From assembly GCA_003697015.1 (NCBI GenBank), contig RFGL01000338.1:1-58365 (forward strand): a stretch of 58,365 bases of DNA. Reading direction: 5' to 3'. Shown one piece after another: positions 50,376 through 58,365 of this stretch. A program made the position numbers and the translations under genes. Each line of letters opens with the position of its first letter. Position 1 is the first letter of the stretch. The notes beneath the pieces are model-generated. The model was not told where the DNA came from and made no database searches. It saw only the letters and a list, made by a program, of their open reading frames with translations. This stretch comes from Acidobacteriota bacterium. Lineage in GTDB: Bacteria > Acidobacteriota > Thermoanaerobaculia > Multivoradales > J023.

Positions 50376-53105
50376 ATGAAATCAGAAACGAGCGTGGGAG
50401 CAGAGCGGAGCGGGTCGGCGGACGGCGGGCGGTGGCTGCCGGTCGCGACGCTGTTTCTGATCCTGACCGCACTGGCGGCGGCTGCCGGCGGCCAGTCGAC
50501 CGGCACCGTCAGCGGCACCGTCAGCGGCCCGGGAGACGCGCCGATCAGCGGCGCCACGGTGATGGTGGTCGAAACCCAGCGCAGCGTCGTCACCGGCCGC
50601 GACGGCACCTACTCCATCCACGTCAGCCCCGGCGAGCACACCATCCTCGCCACCGCCAGCGGCTACGAGACCGACCAGCAGCGCGTCACCGTCCAGGCCG
50701 GCTCCGAGCTGGCCCTCGACTTCAGCCTCGACCGCGCCCTGTCGCAATTCGGCGAGGAGCTGGTGGTCATCGGCTCGCGCTCCCACCGCACCGCCATCGA
50801 AACGCCGGTGCCGGTCGACGTGCTGTCGGAGGACGACATCCAGGAGAGCGGCCAGACCGAGACCAGCCGCATCATCCAATTCCTCGCCCCGTCGTTCAAT
50901 TTCTCGACCTCGACCATCTCCGACGGCACCGACATCGTGCGGCCGTCGACCCTGCGCGGGCTCGGCCCGGATCAGACCCTGGTGCTGATCAACGGCAAGC
51001 GGCGCCACAACAGCGCCCTGGTGCACGTCAACGGCTCGATCGGCCGCGGCACCGCCGGCGTCGACTTGAACGCCATCCCCGCCGCCGCCATCGAGCGCAT
51101 CGAGGTGCTGCGCGACGGCGCCGCCGCCCAATACGGCTCCGACGCCATCGCCGGGGTGATCAACATCGTGCTCAAGGAGCAGGTCGACGTCACCCAGATC
51201 GAGCTCCAGGCCGGCCAGACCTACGAATCCGACGGCGAGGTCGTCAACGCCAGCATCAACCGCGGCTGGCGCATCGGCGAGCGCGGCTTCTTCAACCTGA
51301 CCGCCGACTACCGCGACCGCGACCCGACCAACCGCGCCGGCCGCGATCCGCGACGCATCTTCAACTTCCTCGAGCAGCAGCTCTTTCAACCCGAGCTGAC
51401 CTCGGGCACCCTCGACCCGCGCGAGCAGACCTACGACCGGCTCAACCACCGCTACGGCGACGCCCGGTCGGAGAACGCCGGTCTGTTCTTCAATTCCGCC
51501 ATCCCGGTGGGCGAGTCGGATCAGTTCTACTTCTTCGGCGGCTTCACCATGCGCGACGGCGAGTCGGCGGGCTTCAACCGCCTGCCGCGGCAGAGCCGCA
51601 CCAACATCTTCATCCATCCGGAGGGCCACCTGCCGCTGATCAACACCAACGTCGACGACCTGTCGCTGGCCGCCGGCTACCGCAAGAACCTGGGGGAGAA
51701 CTGGTCCCTCGACGCCAGCGTCGTCACCGGCGGCAACTCCTTCGAATTCATCATCACCAACTCGGCCAACACCTCCCTCGGGCCGGCCAGCCCGGATCAC
51801 GCCAACGCCGGCGAGCTCAAATTCGACCAGACGACGGTCAACCTCGATTTCTTCGGCACCATCCAGACCGCCAAGCCGCTCTACGTCGCCTTCGGCGCCG
51901 AGTACCGCCAGGACAACTACGAGATCGTCGCCGGCGAGCCGGCGTCGTGGATCGACGGCGGCTTCCCCGATCAGTTCGGCGGCCGGGCGCCGGCGGGAAT
52001 CCAGGTCTTCCCCGGCTTTCGGCCGGCGAACGAGGTCGACGTATCGCGCGACAACGTCGCCGTCTACGGCGACCTCGAGGTCAACCTGAGCGAGAAGTTC
52101 CTGCTCGGCGCCGCGGTGCGCTTCGAGGACTACAGCGACTTCGGCAACACCACCACCGGCAAGCTCGCCCTGCGCTATGCCTTCAGCGAGAAATTCGCCC
52201 TCAGGGCCTCGGCCTCGACCGGTTTCCGGGCGCCCTCCCTGCACCAGGCGAACTTCAACAACACCAGCACCCAATTCGTCTTCGTCGGCGGCGAGCTGGT
52301 GCCCCTGGAGGTCGGCACCTTCCGCAACGACGACCCGGTGACCCGCGCCTTCGGCGTACCGCGGCTCAAGGAAGAGACCTCGACCAACCTCAGCTTCGGC
52401 TTTACCGCCCGCCCGTTTGAGCGCCTGTCGATCACCGCCGACGCCTACTCGATCGACATCGACGACCGCATCGTCATCTCCGGTCAATTCCGCGCCACCA
52501 ACCCGCAGATCGCGCCGATCCTGGCGCCCTTCGGGGTCAACGCGGCCCAGTTCTTCTCCAACGCCATCGACACCGAGACCGAGGGCATCGACCTGGTGGT
52601 GGCCTACGTCTGGCCGCTGGCCGACGGCAGCAGCTTGAGCGTCACCGGCGCCGCCAACTGGACCGGCACCGACGTGGTGGGTCCGGTGCGCACGCCCCCC
52701 ACCCTCCAGGGCCTGGGAGAGACCCTCTTCGATCGCCGCGAGCGGGTCTTCGTCGAGCGCGGCCAGCCGCAGGAGCACTACAACCTGTCGGCGCGCTACG
52801 AGCGCGGGCCCTTCGCGGTGCTGGCGCGGCTCAACAAATTCGGCGCCGTGGTCACCGCCGAGTCGGCGAGCAATCCCGGGATCGACCAGACCTTCACCGG
52901 CAAGTGGCTGGCCGACCTCGACGTCTCCTACCGCTTCAACGACTACCTCAAGCTCTCGGTCGGCGGCAATAACGTCTTCGACACCTTCCCCGATCGCAAT
53001 CGGCCCGAGATCTCGTTCAACGGCATCTTCCCCTTCCCCCGCCGCACCGCCCCCTTCGGCTTCAACGGCGGCGACTACTACCTGCGCCTCTCCCTCACTT
53101 TCTGA
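50376..53105 (+). CDS. TonB-dependent receptor with an N-terminal carboxypeptidase-regulatory-like domain
   Basis: The ATG at 50376 is preceded by AAAGGAGG, and a signal peptide is present. The CarbopepD_reg-like domain is GTVSGPGDAPISGATVMVVET...TGRDGTYSI. The plug is GLGPDQTLVLINGKR...IERIEVLRDGAAAQYGSDAIAGVINIVLK. The terminal sequence is LSLTF. Confidence 0.85.
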   Translation: MKSETSVGAERSGSADGGRWLPVATLFLILTALAAAAGGQSTGTVSGTVSGPGDAPISGATVMVVETQRSVVTGRDGTYSIHVSPGEHTILATASGYETDQQRVTVQAGSELALDFSLDRALSQFGEELVVIGSRSHRTAIETPVPVDVLSEDDIQESGQTETSRIIQFLAPSFNFSTSTISDGTDIVRPSTLRGLGPDQTLVLINGKRRHNSALVHVNGSIGRGTAGVDLNAIPAAAIERIEVLRDGAAAQYGSDAIAGVINIVLKEQVDVTQIELQAGQTYESDGEVVNASINRGWRIGERGFFNLTADYRDRDPTNRAGRDPRRIFNFLEQQLFQPELTSGTLDPREQTYDRLNHRYGDARSENAGLFFNSAIPVGESDQFYFFGGFTMRDGESAGFNRLPRQSRTNIFIHPEGHLPLINTNVDDLSLAAGYRKNLGENWSLDASVVTGGNSFEFIITNSANTSLGPASPDHANAGELKFDQTTVNLDFFGTIQTAKPLYVAFGAEYRQDNYEIVAGEPASWIDGGFPDQFGGRAPAGIQVFPGFRPANEVDVSRDNVAVYGDLEVNLSEKFLLGAAVRFEDYSDFGNTTTGKLALRYAFSEKFALRASASTGFRAPSLHQANFNNTSTQFVFVGGELVPLEVGTFRNDDPVTRAFGVPRLKEETSTNLSFGFTARPFERLSITADAYSIDIDDRIVISGQFRATNPQIAPILAPFGVNAAQFFSNAIDTETEGIDLVVAYVWPLADGSSLSVTGAANWTGTDVVGPVRTPPTLQGLGETLFDRRERVFVERGQPQEHYNLSARYERGPFAVLARLNKFGAVVTAESASNPGIDQTFTGKWLADLDVSYRFNDYLKLSVGGNNVFDTFPDRNRPEISFNGIFPFPRRTAPFGFNGGDYYLRLSLTF

Positions 53106-53123
53106 GCCGCGCTCAGGCGCCGC

Positions 53124-53158
53124 CCGAGGACGCTCCGCCACCCCCGGAGCGTCCTCGG
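53124..53158 (+). terminator. 14-bp perfect-stem hairpin after the receptor gene (terminator-like, no U tract)
   Basis: CCGAGGACGCTCCG (53124-53137), 7-nt loop, then CGGAGCGTCCTCGG (53145-53158). It starts 19 nt after the stop. Confidence 0.4.
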
Positions 53159-53319
53159 CCCGGCGTGCCTCCTCCCCGCGCCGGGCGATGAAAGGGCGGA
53201 ACAATTGCGGTAGCATCCGGTCTCCGAGCGCTTCCTCGCGGCTTCCGGCGCATGCTGCCCGGAGGCCAACGCCGTCGCGGCGGCGCGCCGCGGTCGCGGG
53301 CGATCCGCTCGCCTGAGTC

Positions 53320-56199
53320 ATGCGCATCGACGTCGATATCCGCCGGCTCGGCCTGCGATTGGCGGCGGCGATCCTCGCCGCCTGGACGGCCGGTGCGGCG
53401 GTCGCCGGCAGCGCCGAGTTGCCCGAGCTCGCCGGGCCCTGGCGCTTCCGTTCCGGCGACGAGCCGCGGGGGGCCGACGCCACCCTGGACGATCTGAGCT
53501 GGCCGACGCAGGTGCTCCCCGCCGACCTCGAGCAGCTGGCCAGCGCCGCGGGCGGTCGTTCCGCGAGCTTGTGGCTGCGGCGGCAGGTGCGCATCCCCGC
53601 CCGCATCCCCTGCCCGCGCTCGCAGCTCGCGTGGATGGTCGGTGCGCCGCCGCGCGGCCGCTACGACCTCTTCGCCGACGGCCAGGAGGTCGGGGTCTTC
53701 GACACCGGCGACGTCGGGCCGCGGTGGTTGCGCAAGCCGCGGGTCTTCAGCCTGCCGCCGGGCATCCTCGGCCCCGACGGCCGGGTGCTGCTGGCGTTGC
53801 GCTACACCCCGTCGCCGGCCAGCACCGTGCGCCGCATCGCCCGCCTCGGCCCCCTCGGCCTCGACCTCGCCCTCGGCTGCCAGGCCGAGCTGGAGGAACG
53901 CGCCGAGCTGATCTGGCTGCGCCACCTGCACCGGCAGCGCTCGCCCCTCGTCCTGGGCTCGATCTTCCTCGTCCTCGGCGCCTATCACCTGCAGCTCTTC
54001 AGCCGCCGGCGCAAGTACGTCGACTATCTCTGGTTCGGCATCGCGTCGATCCTCTTCGGCGCCCTGACCTTCCTCGCCTCGCCGTGGATCTTCGACCTCA
54101 CCGAGAGCTACGGCGCCGTACGGCGGGTGCTGGCCGCCCTCATCCACCTGCTGGCGGCGGCCTGGCTGCAGTTCATGTGGCCCTTCCTCGGCCGCCGATT
54201 GAGCCCTGGCCTGCGCGCCTATCAGCTGTCGAATCTGCTCATCGCGGCCCTGCTGCTGGTGCCGCCGACCATCGATCTGCCCTACGCCGCCGTCGTCCGT
54301 TGGTTGTGGTTGCTGCCGGCGCTGGTCGCCACCACCACCCTGCTGGCGCAGGAGGCCTGGCGCGGCAACCCGGAAGCGCGGATCGTCGGCGCCGGCGGCC
54401 TGGCGCTGGTGATCGCGGTGCTGGCGGAGGCGGTCCGGCAGATCACCTTCGGCACCACCACCAGCCCGCTGCCCTTCTGGGCCTTCGCCGTCTTCGCCGT
54501 GACCATGACGACGTCGCTCTCCGGTCGTTTCACCCGCGTCCACGGCGAGCTCGATCGCCTGCGCCTGCAGCTCGAGCGGATGGTCGCCGATCGCACCGAG
54601 GAGCTTTCCCTGGCCAACCAGCGGCTGCAGAACGAGATCGCCGAGCGCCGGCTGGCGGAGGGGGCGATGCGGGTGCTCGAACGGGCGGTGGAACAGTCGA
54701 GCGACGGCATCGCGGTCACCGACATGGAGGGCAACACGCGGTTCGTCAACGAGGCGTGGGCGCGCACCCACGGCTACGAGGTGCTGGAGGTCCTGGGGCA
54801 GCACTTCAACGTCTTCTTCACCCCCCAGCAGATGCACAACGAGGTGCTGGCGATGATCCGCAAGGCGGAGCAGGAGGGGGCGCACGAAGGGGAGATCGAT
54901 CACCGCCACCGCGACGGCTCGACCTTCCCCACCTGGATGAGCGTCACCCTGCTGCGCGACGCCGACGGCAAGCCGGACGGCTTCGTCGCCATCGCCCGCG
55001 ACATCTCCCAGCGCCGGGCGGCGGCCAGCGAGCGCCTGCGCCTCGAGTCGCGGGTGCAGCGGGCGCAACGCCTGGAGAGCCTGGCGCGGCTGGCCGGCGG
55101 CATCGCTCACGACTACAACAACCTGCTGACCGCGGTGCTGTCCAACGCCAGCCTGGCCCTGCGGGACGCCACCCCGGGCTCGCCGCTGGAGGATCGCCTG
55201 CGGCAGATCGAGAGCGCCGCCGACCGCGCCCGCGACCTGACCAGCCAGCTCCTGACCTACGCCGGCGAAGACGAGCTGCGCCGCGAGCCGCTGCAGCTCA
55301 GCGACCTGGTGCGGTCGATGGAGGAGCCCCTGCGGCCGTTGATCGGCGAGCGCGCCACCCTCGACCTGCAGCTGGCGGCGGAACTGCCCCTGGTCGAGCT
55401 CGACCAGGACCAGATCCGGCAGATGATCCACCACCTGGTGAACAACGCGGTCGAGTCCCTCGGCACCGAGCGCGGCTTCATCACCCTGCGTACCAGCAAG
55501 CTGACGATCGACGCCGCCTACCTCGAGGACGCCGTTCTCGACGGCGAGCAGGAACCGGGGGAGTACGTCTTCCTCGAGGTCTCCGACTCGGGCATGGGGA
55601 TGGACGACGAGACCCGGCAGCGCATGTTCGAGCCCCTCTTCACCACCAAGTCGTCGGCCAGCGGCCTCGGGCTGGCGGTGGTGCAGGGCATCGTGCGCCG
55701 CCACGGCGGTATCATCAAGGTCTTTACCGAGGCCGGCCGGGGGACGACGGTCCAGGTCCTCTTCCCGCCGGCCGCGGAACGAGCTGCGGAACGGGTCGCG
55801 GCAGCGCCGGCCGAGGACGTCGAGCACTGGCGCGCCAGCGGCACCATCCTGGTGGTCGACGATCAGGACTACGTGCGCGAGGTGTCGCAGGCGATTCTCG
55901 AGCCCCACGGCTTCCAGGTGCTGGTCGCCGGCGACGGGCCGCAGGCGCTGGCGCTCTATCGCCGGCATCGCGAGGCGATACGGCTGGTGCTGCTCGACTG
56001 GACGATGCCGGAGATGAGCGGCGAGGAGGTTTTTCGCGAGATCCGCCGGCTGGCGCCGAAGGCCAAGGTCATCGTGATGAGCGGCTGGCGCGAGCGGCAG
56101 GTGATGAACGACCTCGCCGGCCTCGGCCTGGCGGGCTTCCTGCAGAAGCCCTTCCGGCCGGAGCACGTGATCACCAAAGTACGGGAGATCCTGGGCTGA
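53320..56199 (+). CDS. hybrid sensor histidine kinase (7TMR-DISM extracellular + 7TM, PAS, HisKA, HATPase, C-terminal receiver)
   Basis: It has a signal peptide, an extracellular beta-rich domain and seven TM helices, then PAS (LERAVEQSSDGIAVTD...FVNEAWARTHGY). The H-box is LAGGIAHDYNNLL. The HATPase blocks are NLVNNAVES, DSGMGMD and GLGLAVV. The receiver is ILVVDDQ...LVLLDWTMPEMSG...QKPF. Confidence 0.85.
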   Translation: MRIDVDIRRLGLRLAAAILAAWTAGAAVAGSAELPELAGPWRFRSGDEPRGADATLDDLSWPTQVLPADLEQLASAAGGRSASLWLRRQVRIPARIPCPRSQLAWMVGAPPRGRYDLFADGQEVGVFDTGDVGPRWLRKPRVFSLPPGILGPDGRVLLALRYTPSPASTVRRIARLGPLGLDLALGCQAELEERAELIWLRHLHRQRSPLVLGSIFLVLGAYHLQLFSRRRKYVDYLWFGIASILFGALTFLASPWIFDLTESYGAVRRVLAALIHLLAAAWLQFMWPFLGRRLSPGLRAYQLSNLLIAALLLVPPTIDLPYAAVVRWLWLLPALVATTTLLAQEAWRGNPEARIVGAGGLALVIAVLAEAVRQITFGTTTSPLPFWAFAVFAVTMTTSLSGRFTRVHGELDRLRLQLERMVADRTEELSLANQRLQNEIAERRLAEGAMRVLERAVEQSSDGIAVTDMEGNTRFVNEAWARTHGYEVLEVLGQHFNVFFTPQQMHNEVLAMIRKAEQEGAHEGEIDHRHRDGSTFPTWMSVTLLRDADGKPDGFVAIARDISQRRAAASERLRLESRVQRAQRLESLARLAGGIAHDYNNLLTAVLSNASLALRDATPGSPLEDRLRQIESAADRARDLTSQLLTYAGEDELRREPLQLSDLVRSMEEPLRPLIGERATLDLQLAAELPLVELDQDQIRQMIHHLVNNAVESLGTERGFITLRTSKLTIDAAYLEDAVLDGEQEPGEYVFLEVSDSGMGMDDETRQRMFEPLFTTKSSASGLGLAVVQGIVRRHGGIIKVFTEAGRGTTVQVLFPPAAERAAERVAAAPAEDVEHWRASGTILVVDDQDYVREVSQAILEPHGFQVLVAGDGPQALALYRRHREAIRLVLLDWTMPEMSGEEVFREIRRLAPKAKVIVMSGWRERQVMNDLAGLGLAGFLQKPFRPEHVITKVREILG

Positions 56200-56251
56200 G
56201 CGGCGAGCGGCGCCGCTCGTCGGCCACCGAGAAGGTCGTGAGGAGAGCTGA

Positions 56252-56680
56252 ATGAACGCCAAGACGAACGTTGCACAGGGACGCAGATTCACCGACGATG
56301 CGCCGGCGGAGACCAGCACGACGGTCGCCGCCGGCACCCGCATCGAGGGTACCTTGACCGGCTCGGCGCCGCTCGACGTCAGCGGCACCATCGAGGGCGG
56401 CATCGACGTCGACGCCCTGGTCTGGGTGCGGCCGGACGGTCACGTCAAAGGGGAGATCTCAGCCCGCTCGCTGGTGGTCGAGGGCCATCTCGACGCGCGC
56501 ATCGACGTGCGCGAGCGCATTGAGCTGCGCGCCAACTCCAAGGTACGGGGCGATCTGCAGGCGACCGAAGTGGCGATCGCCGACGGTGCCTTCTACGAGG
56601 GCCGCATCGAGATGGAGGGCGCCGGCGGCGGCAGCGGCAGCGGCGCCCTGCGCTTCCAGGAAAAACGCCGATCCGGCTGA
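56252..56680 (+). CDS. bactofilin-family polymer-forming cytoskeletal protein
   Basis: The repetitive beta-helix pattern is IEGTLTGSAPLDVSGTIEGGIDVDALVWVRPDGHVKGEISARSLVVEGHLDARIDV...VRGDLQATEVAIADGAFYEGRIEM, typical of bactofilin/DUF583. Confidence 0.8.
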   Translation: MNAKTNVAQGRRFTDDAPAETSTTVAAGTRIEGTLTGSAPLDVSGTIEGGIDVDALVWVRPDGHVKGEISARSLVVEGHLDARIDVRERIELRANSKVRGDLQATEVAIADGAFYEGRIEMEGAGGGSGSGALRFQEKRRSG

Positions 56681-56690
56681 GGGCGCGGCC

Positions 56691-57128
56691 TCAGCCGTCG
56701 CCGCAGTCGAGGCACTGGCTGTGGATCTGCAGGGTGTGGACCTCGGGGTCGAAGCCGTGGGCGCGGGCGATCTCGCGCTGCATGGCGACGATCGCCGGGC
56801 TGACGAACTCCGCCACCCGGCCGCAGCGACCGCAGACGATGTGGTCATGGCGCTGGCCGGGGTGCACGTGCTCGTAGAGGTAGCGGTTGCCCCCCAGCCG
56901 GTGCTTGCGTACGAAGCCGAGCTCGGCGAGCAGCTCCAGGTTGCGGTAGAGCGTGGCGCGGGAGATCTTGCGCCCCTTGGCCTTGAGCGCTTCGAGCAGC
57001 GCCTCGGCGTCGAGGTGACCGTGCTGATTGTAGACCTCGCGGAAGAGATGCATGCGCTCCATGGTCACCCGGTGGCCGGTCTGCCGCAGGCGGTCGATGA
57101 AATCGTCGAGCTCGGGGAAGCTGGGCAT
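56691..57128 (-). CDS. fur: Fur family transcriptional regulator
   Basis: I chose the ATG at 57128 (MPSFPELDDF). The winged helix is ISRATLYRNLELLAELGFV. The metal sites are HDHIVCGRCG and HSQCLDC (two CxxC). Confidence 0.8.
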   Translation of the reverse strand: MPSFPELDDFIDRLRQTGHRVTMERMHLFREVYNQHGHLDAEALLEALKAKGRKISRATLYRNLELLAELGFVRKHRLGGNRYLYEHVHPGQRHDHIVCGRCGRVAEFVSPAIVAMQREIARAHGFDPEVHTLQIHSQCLDCGDG

Positions 57129-57183
57129 GGCGACACCTCGAAGTCGGGGGTGACGAGGGCTGGCGACCTCGATGATACAGGAT

Positions 57184-57198
57184 CGAAGCGATGCTTCG
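57184..57198. promoter_or_regulatory. 6-3-6 inverted repeat (CGAAGC-GAT-GCTTCG) in the divergent fur / BNR-lipoprotein promoter region
   Basis: It is a perfect palindrome, flanked upstream by TCGATGATACAGGAT (relatively AT-rich). Candidate operator; it is not a canonical Fur box. Confidence 0.25.
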
Positions 57199-57229
57199 GG
57201 TAGGATGGCCCGACACGAGGAGAGCCACG

Positions 57230-58365
57230 ATGCCCTTGACCGCCGTCCCCCGCCGTCACCTATCGATCGCACCGCTCGCCGCCGGCGGGCCCGTCGCCCT
57301 GCTCGCCCTGCTCCTCGCCGCCTGTGGCGCTCCCGGCGGCGAGAGCGCGGTCGCCGCGATCGCGCCTGCGGCCGGCCCCCCGGCGCCGGCGATCCAACGC
57401 CTCGATCCCCCCGCCGGGCCGGGGGCGATGGCGCCCAATCTCCACGCCGGCGCCGGCGGCGTCTACCTGAGCTGGATCGAGCCGGTCGACGGCGGCCACC
57501 GCCTGCGGGTGTCGCGTCTCGAGGGGCGAACGTGGAGCGAGCCCGCCGACGTCGCCCGCGGCACGACGTTCTTCGCCAATTGGGCCGACGTGCCCGGGGT
57601 GGTCGAGGCCGAGGACGGCGCCCTCTACGCCCACTGGTTGGAGAAGCTCGGGCCCGGCACCTACGCCTACGGCGTGCAGCTGGCGCGCTCCGCCGACGGC
57701 GGCCGTACCTGGGAAGGCCTCGGCCTGCTGCACGACGACGCCTCCGAGACCGAGCACGGCTTCGTCTCCTGGCAGCCCTTGGACGACGGCGTCCAGGCTG
57801 CCTGGCTCGACGGCCGCGCCACCGCCGACGGCGGGGCGATGCAGCTACGCGCCACGACGGTGAGCGCCGGCGGACCGCAGCCGAGCACCGTCGTCGCCCC
57901 CTCGGTCTGCGACTGCTGCCCCACCGCCATGGCGCGCACCGCCGGCGGGCCGATCGTCGCCTTCCGCGGCCGCACCGAGGGCGAGATCCGCGACGTCGCC
58001 GTCGCCCGCGCCGCAGGCGGGGCCTGGAGCGCTCCGCTCGAGGTTCACGACGACGGCTGGCGGATCGCCGGCTGCCCGGTCAACGGCCCGTCGATCGACG
58101 CCGACGGCGAGCGCGTCGCCATCGCCTGGTTCACCGCCGCCGGCGCCCGCGCCCGCGTCCAGGCCGCCTTCTCCGACGACGGCGGCGCCACCTTCGGACC
58201 GCCGATCCTCCTCGACGCCGACAAGCCCCTCGGCCGCGTCGGCCTGGTCCTCGACGGCGACGCCGCCTGGGTCCTGTGGCTCGCCACCCGCGACGGCCGG
58301 GGCGAGCTCCGCCTGCAGCGCATCCAAGGCGACCACCCCACCACCCCCCCGATCCTCATCACCCC
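57230..58365 (+). CDS. BNR/sialidase-like beta-propeller lipoprotein (3' end beyond the window)
   Basis: The ATG at 57230 is preceded by GAGGAGAG. The lipobox is LLLAAC. BNR-type motifs are SADGGRTW and SDDGGATF. The frame stays open to the last base. This ORF is absent from the ORF track because no stop lies in the window. Confidence 0.7.
   Translation, partial: MPLTAVPRRHLSIAPLAAGGPVALLALLLAACGAPGGESAVAAIAPAAGPPAPAIQRLDPPAGPGAMAPNLHAGAGGVYLSWIEPVDGGHRLRVSRLEGRTWSEPADVARGTTFFANWADVPGVVEAEDGALYAHWLEKLGPGTYAYGVQLARSADGGRTWEGLGLLHDDASETEHGFVSWQPLDDGVQAAWLDGRATADGGAMQLRATTVSAGGPQPSTVVAPSVCDCCPTAMARTAGGPIVAFRGRTEGEIRDVAVARAAGGAWSAPLEVHDDGWRIAGCPVNGPSIDADGERVAIAWFTAAGARARVQAAFSDDGGATFGPPILLDADKPLGRVGLVLDGDAAWVLWLATRDGRGELRLQRIQGDHPTTPPILIT

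Noticed and set aside
1-58365. tRNA, rRNA, tmRNA, RNase P or SRP genes; transposases, integrases, prophage or plasmid genes; toxin-antitoxin pairs; restriction-modification genes.
   Set aside because: By eye I found no T-loop (GGTTCGAnTCC-type) signatures in intergenic regions, no conserved RNase P/tmRNA/SRP blocks, and no ORF with recombinase, transposase or methylase motifs. A covariance-model scan (tRNAscan-SE/Infernal) would be needed for certainty.

Overview
58.4-kb, very GC-rich (by eye around 70% G+C; not computed), densely coding bacterial chromosomal segment. I resolve about 40 protein-coding genes. I saw no rRNA, tRNA, CRISPR array, transposase, integrase or phage genes. Many long six-frame ORFs are GC-driven shadow or run-on ORFs; I trimmed them using start codons, Shine-Dalgarno motifs and domain boundaries. 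Content from left to right: (1) the 3' end of a haem-protein gene, then eda. (2) A two-gene module of a TIR-like protein plus a CHAT-protease/FGE-sulfatase fusion; this is my best candidate for an undescribed conflict or immunity-type system. (3) pfk. (4) A large alternative chemosensory locus: DUF4388-REC-GAF, GAF and cheY on one strand, divergent from cheA-cheW-periplasmic binding protein-mcp-HEAT-cheR-cheB. (5) An orphan HlyD-type adaptor, followed by an intergenic array of six GGGTGGCACC repeats. (6) An MBL-rhodanese protein with degenerate catalytic residues, then a PilZ-like/helical-repeat protein. (7) A structured ~450-nt intergenic region, then an apparently exported pcm. (8) An acidobacterial-type VWA protein. 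(9) A five-domain beta-gamma-crystallin protein with a His/Asp tandem repeat. (10) Two tandem polytopic PAS-PAS proteins with no output domain. (11) A xanthine-dehydrogenase-family enzyme split into two transcription units by a lower-GC PhoD-like phosphatase gene. (12) An M23 peptidase. (13) An ECF sigma/FecR/STN-TonB-receptor signalling set interrupted by PAP2 and GT39 genes. (14) A tricorn-like protease, a second TonB receptor, a 7TMR-DISM hybrid kinase, bactofilin, Fur, and a BNR/sialidase-like lipoprotein truncated by the window edge. The gene repertoire suggests Acidobacteriota or a Myxococcota-like lineage (inference only).
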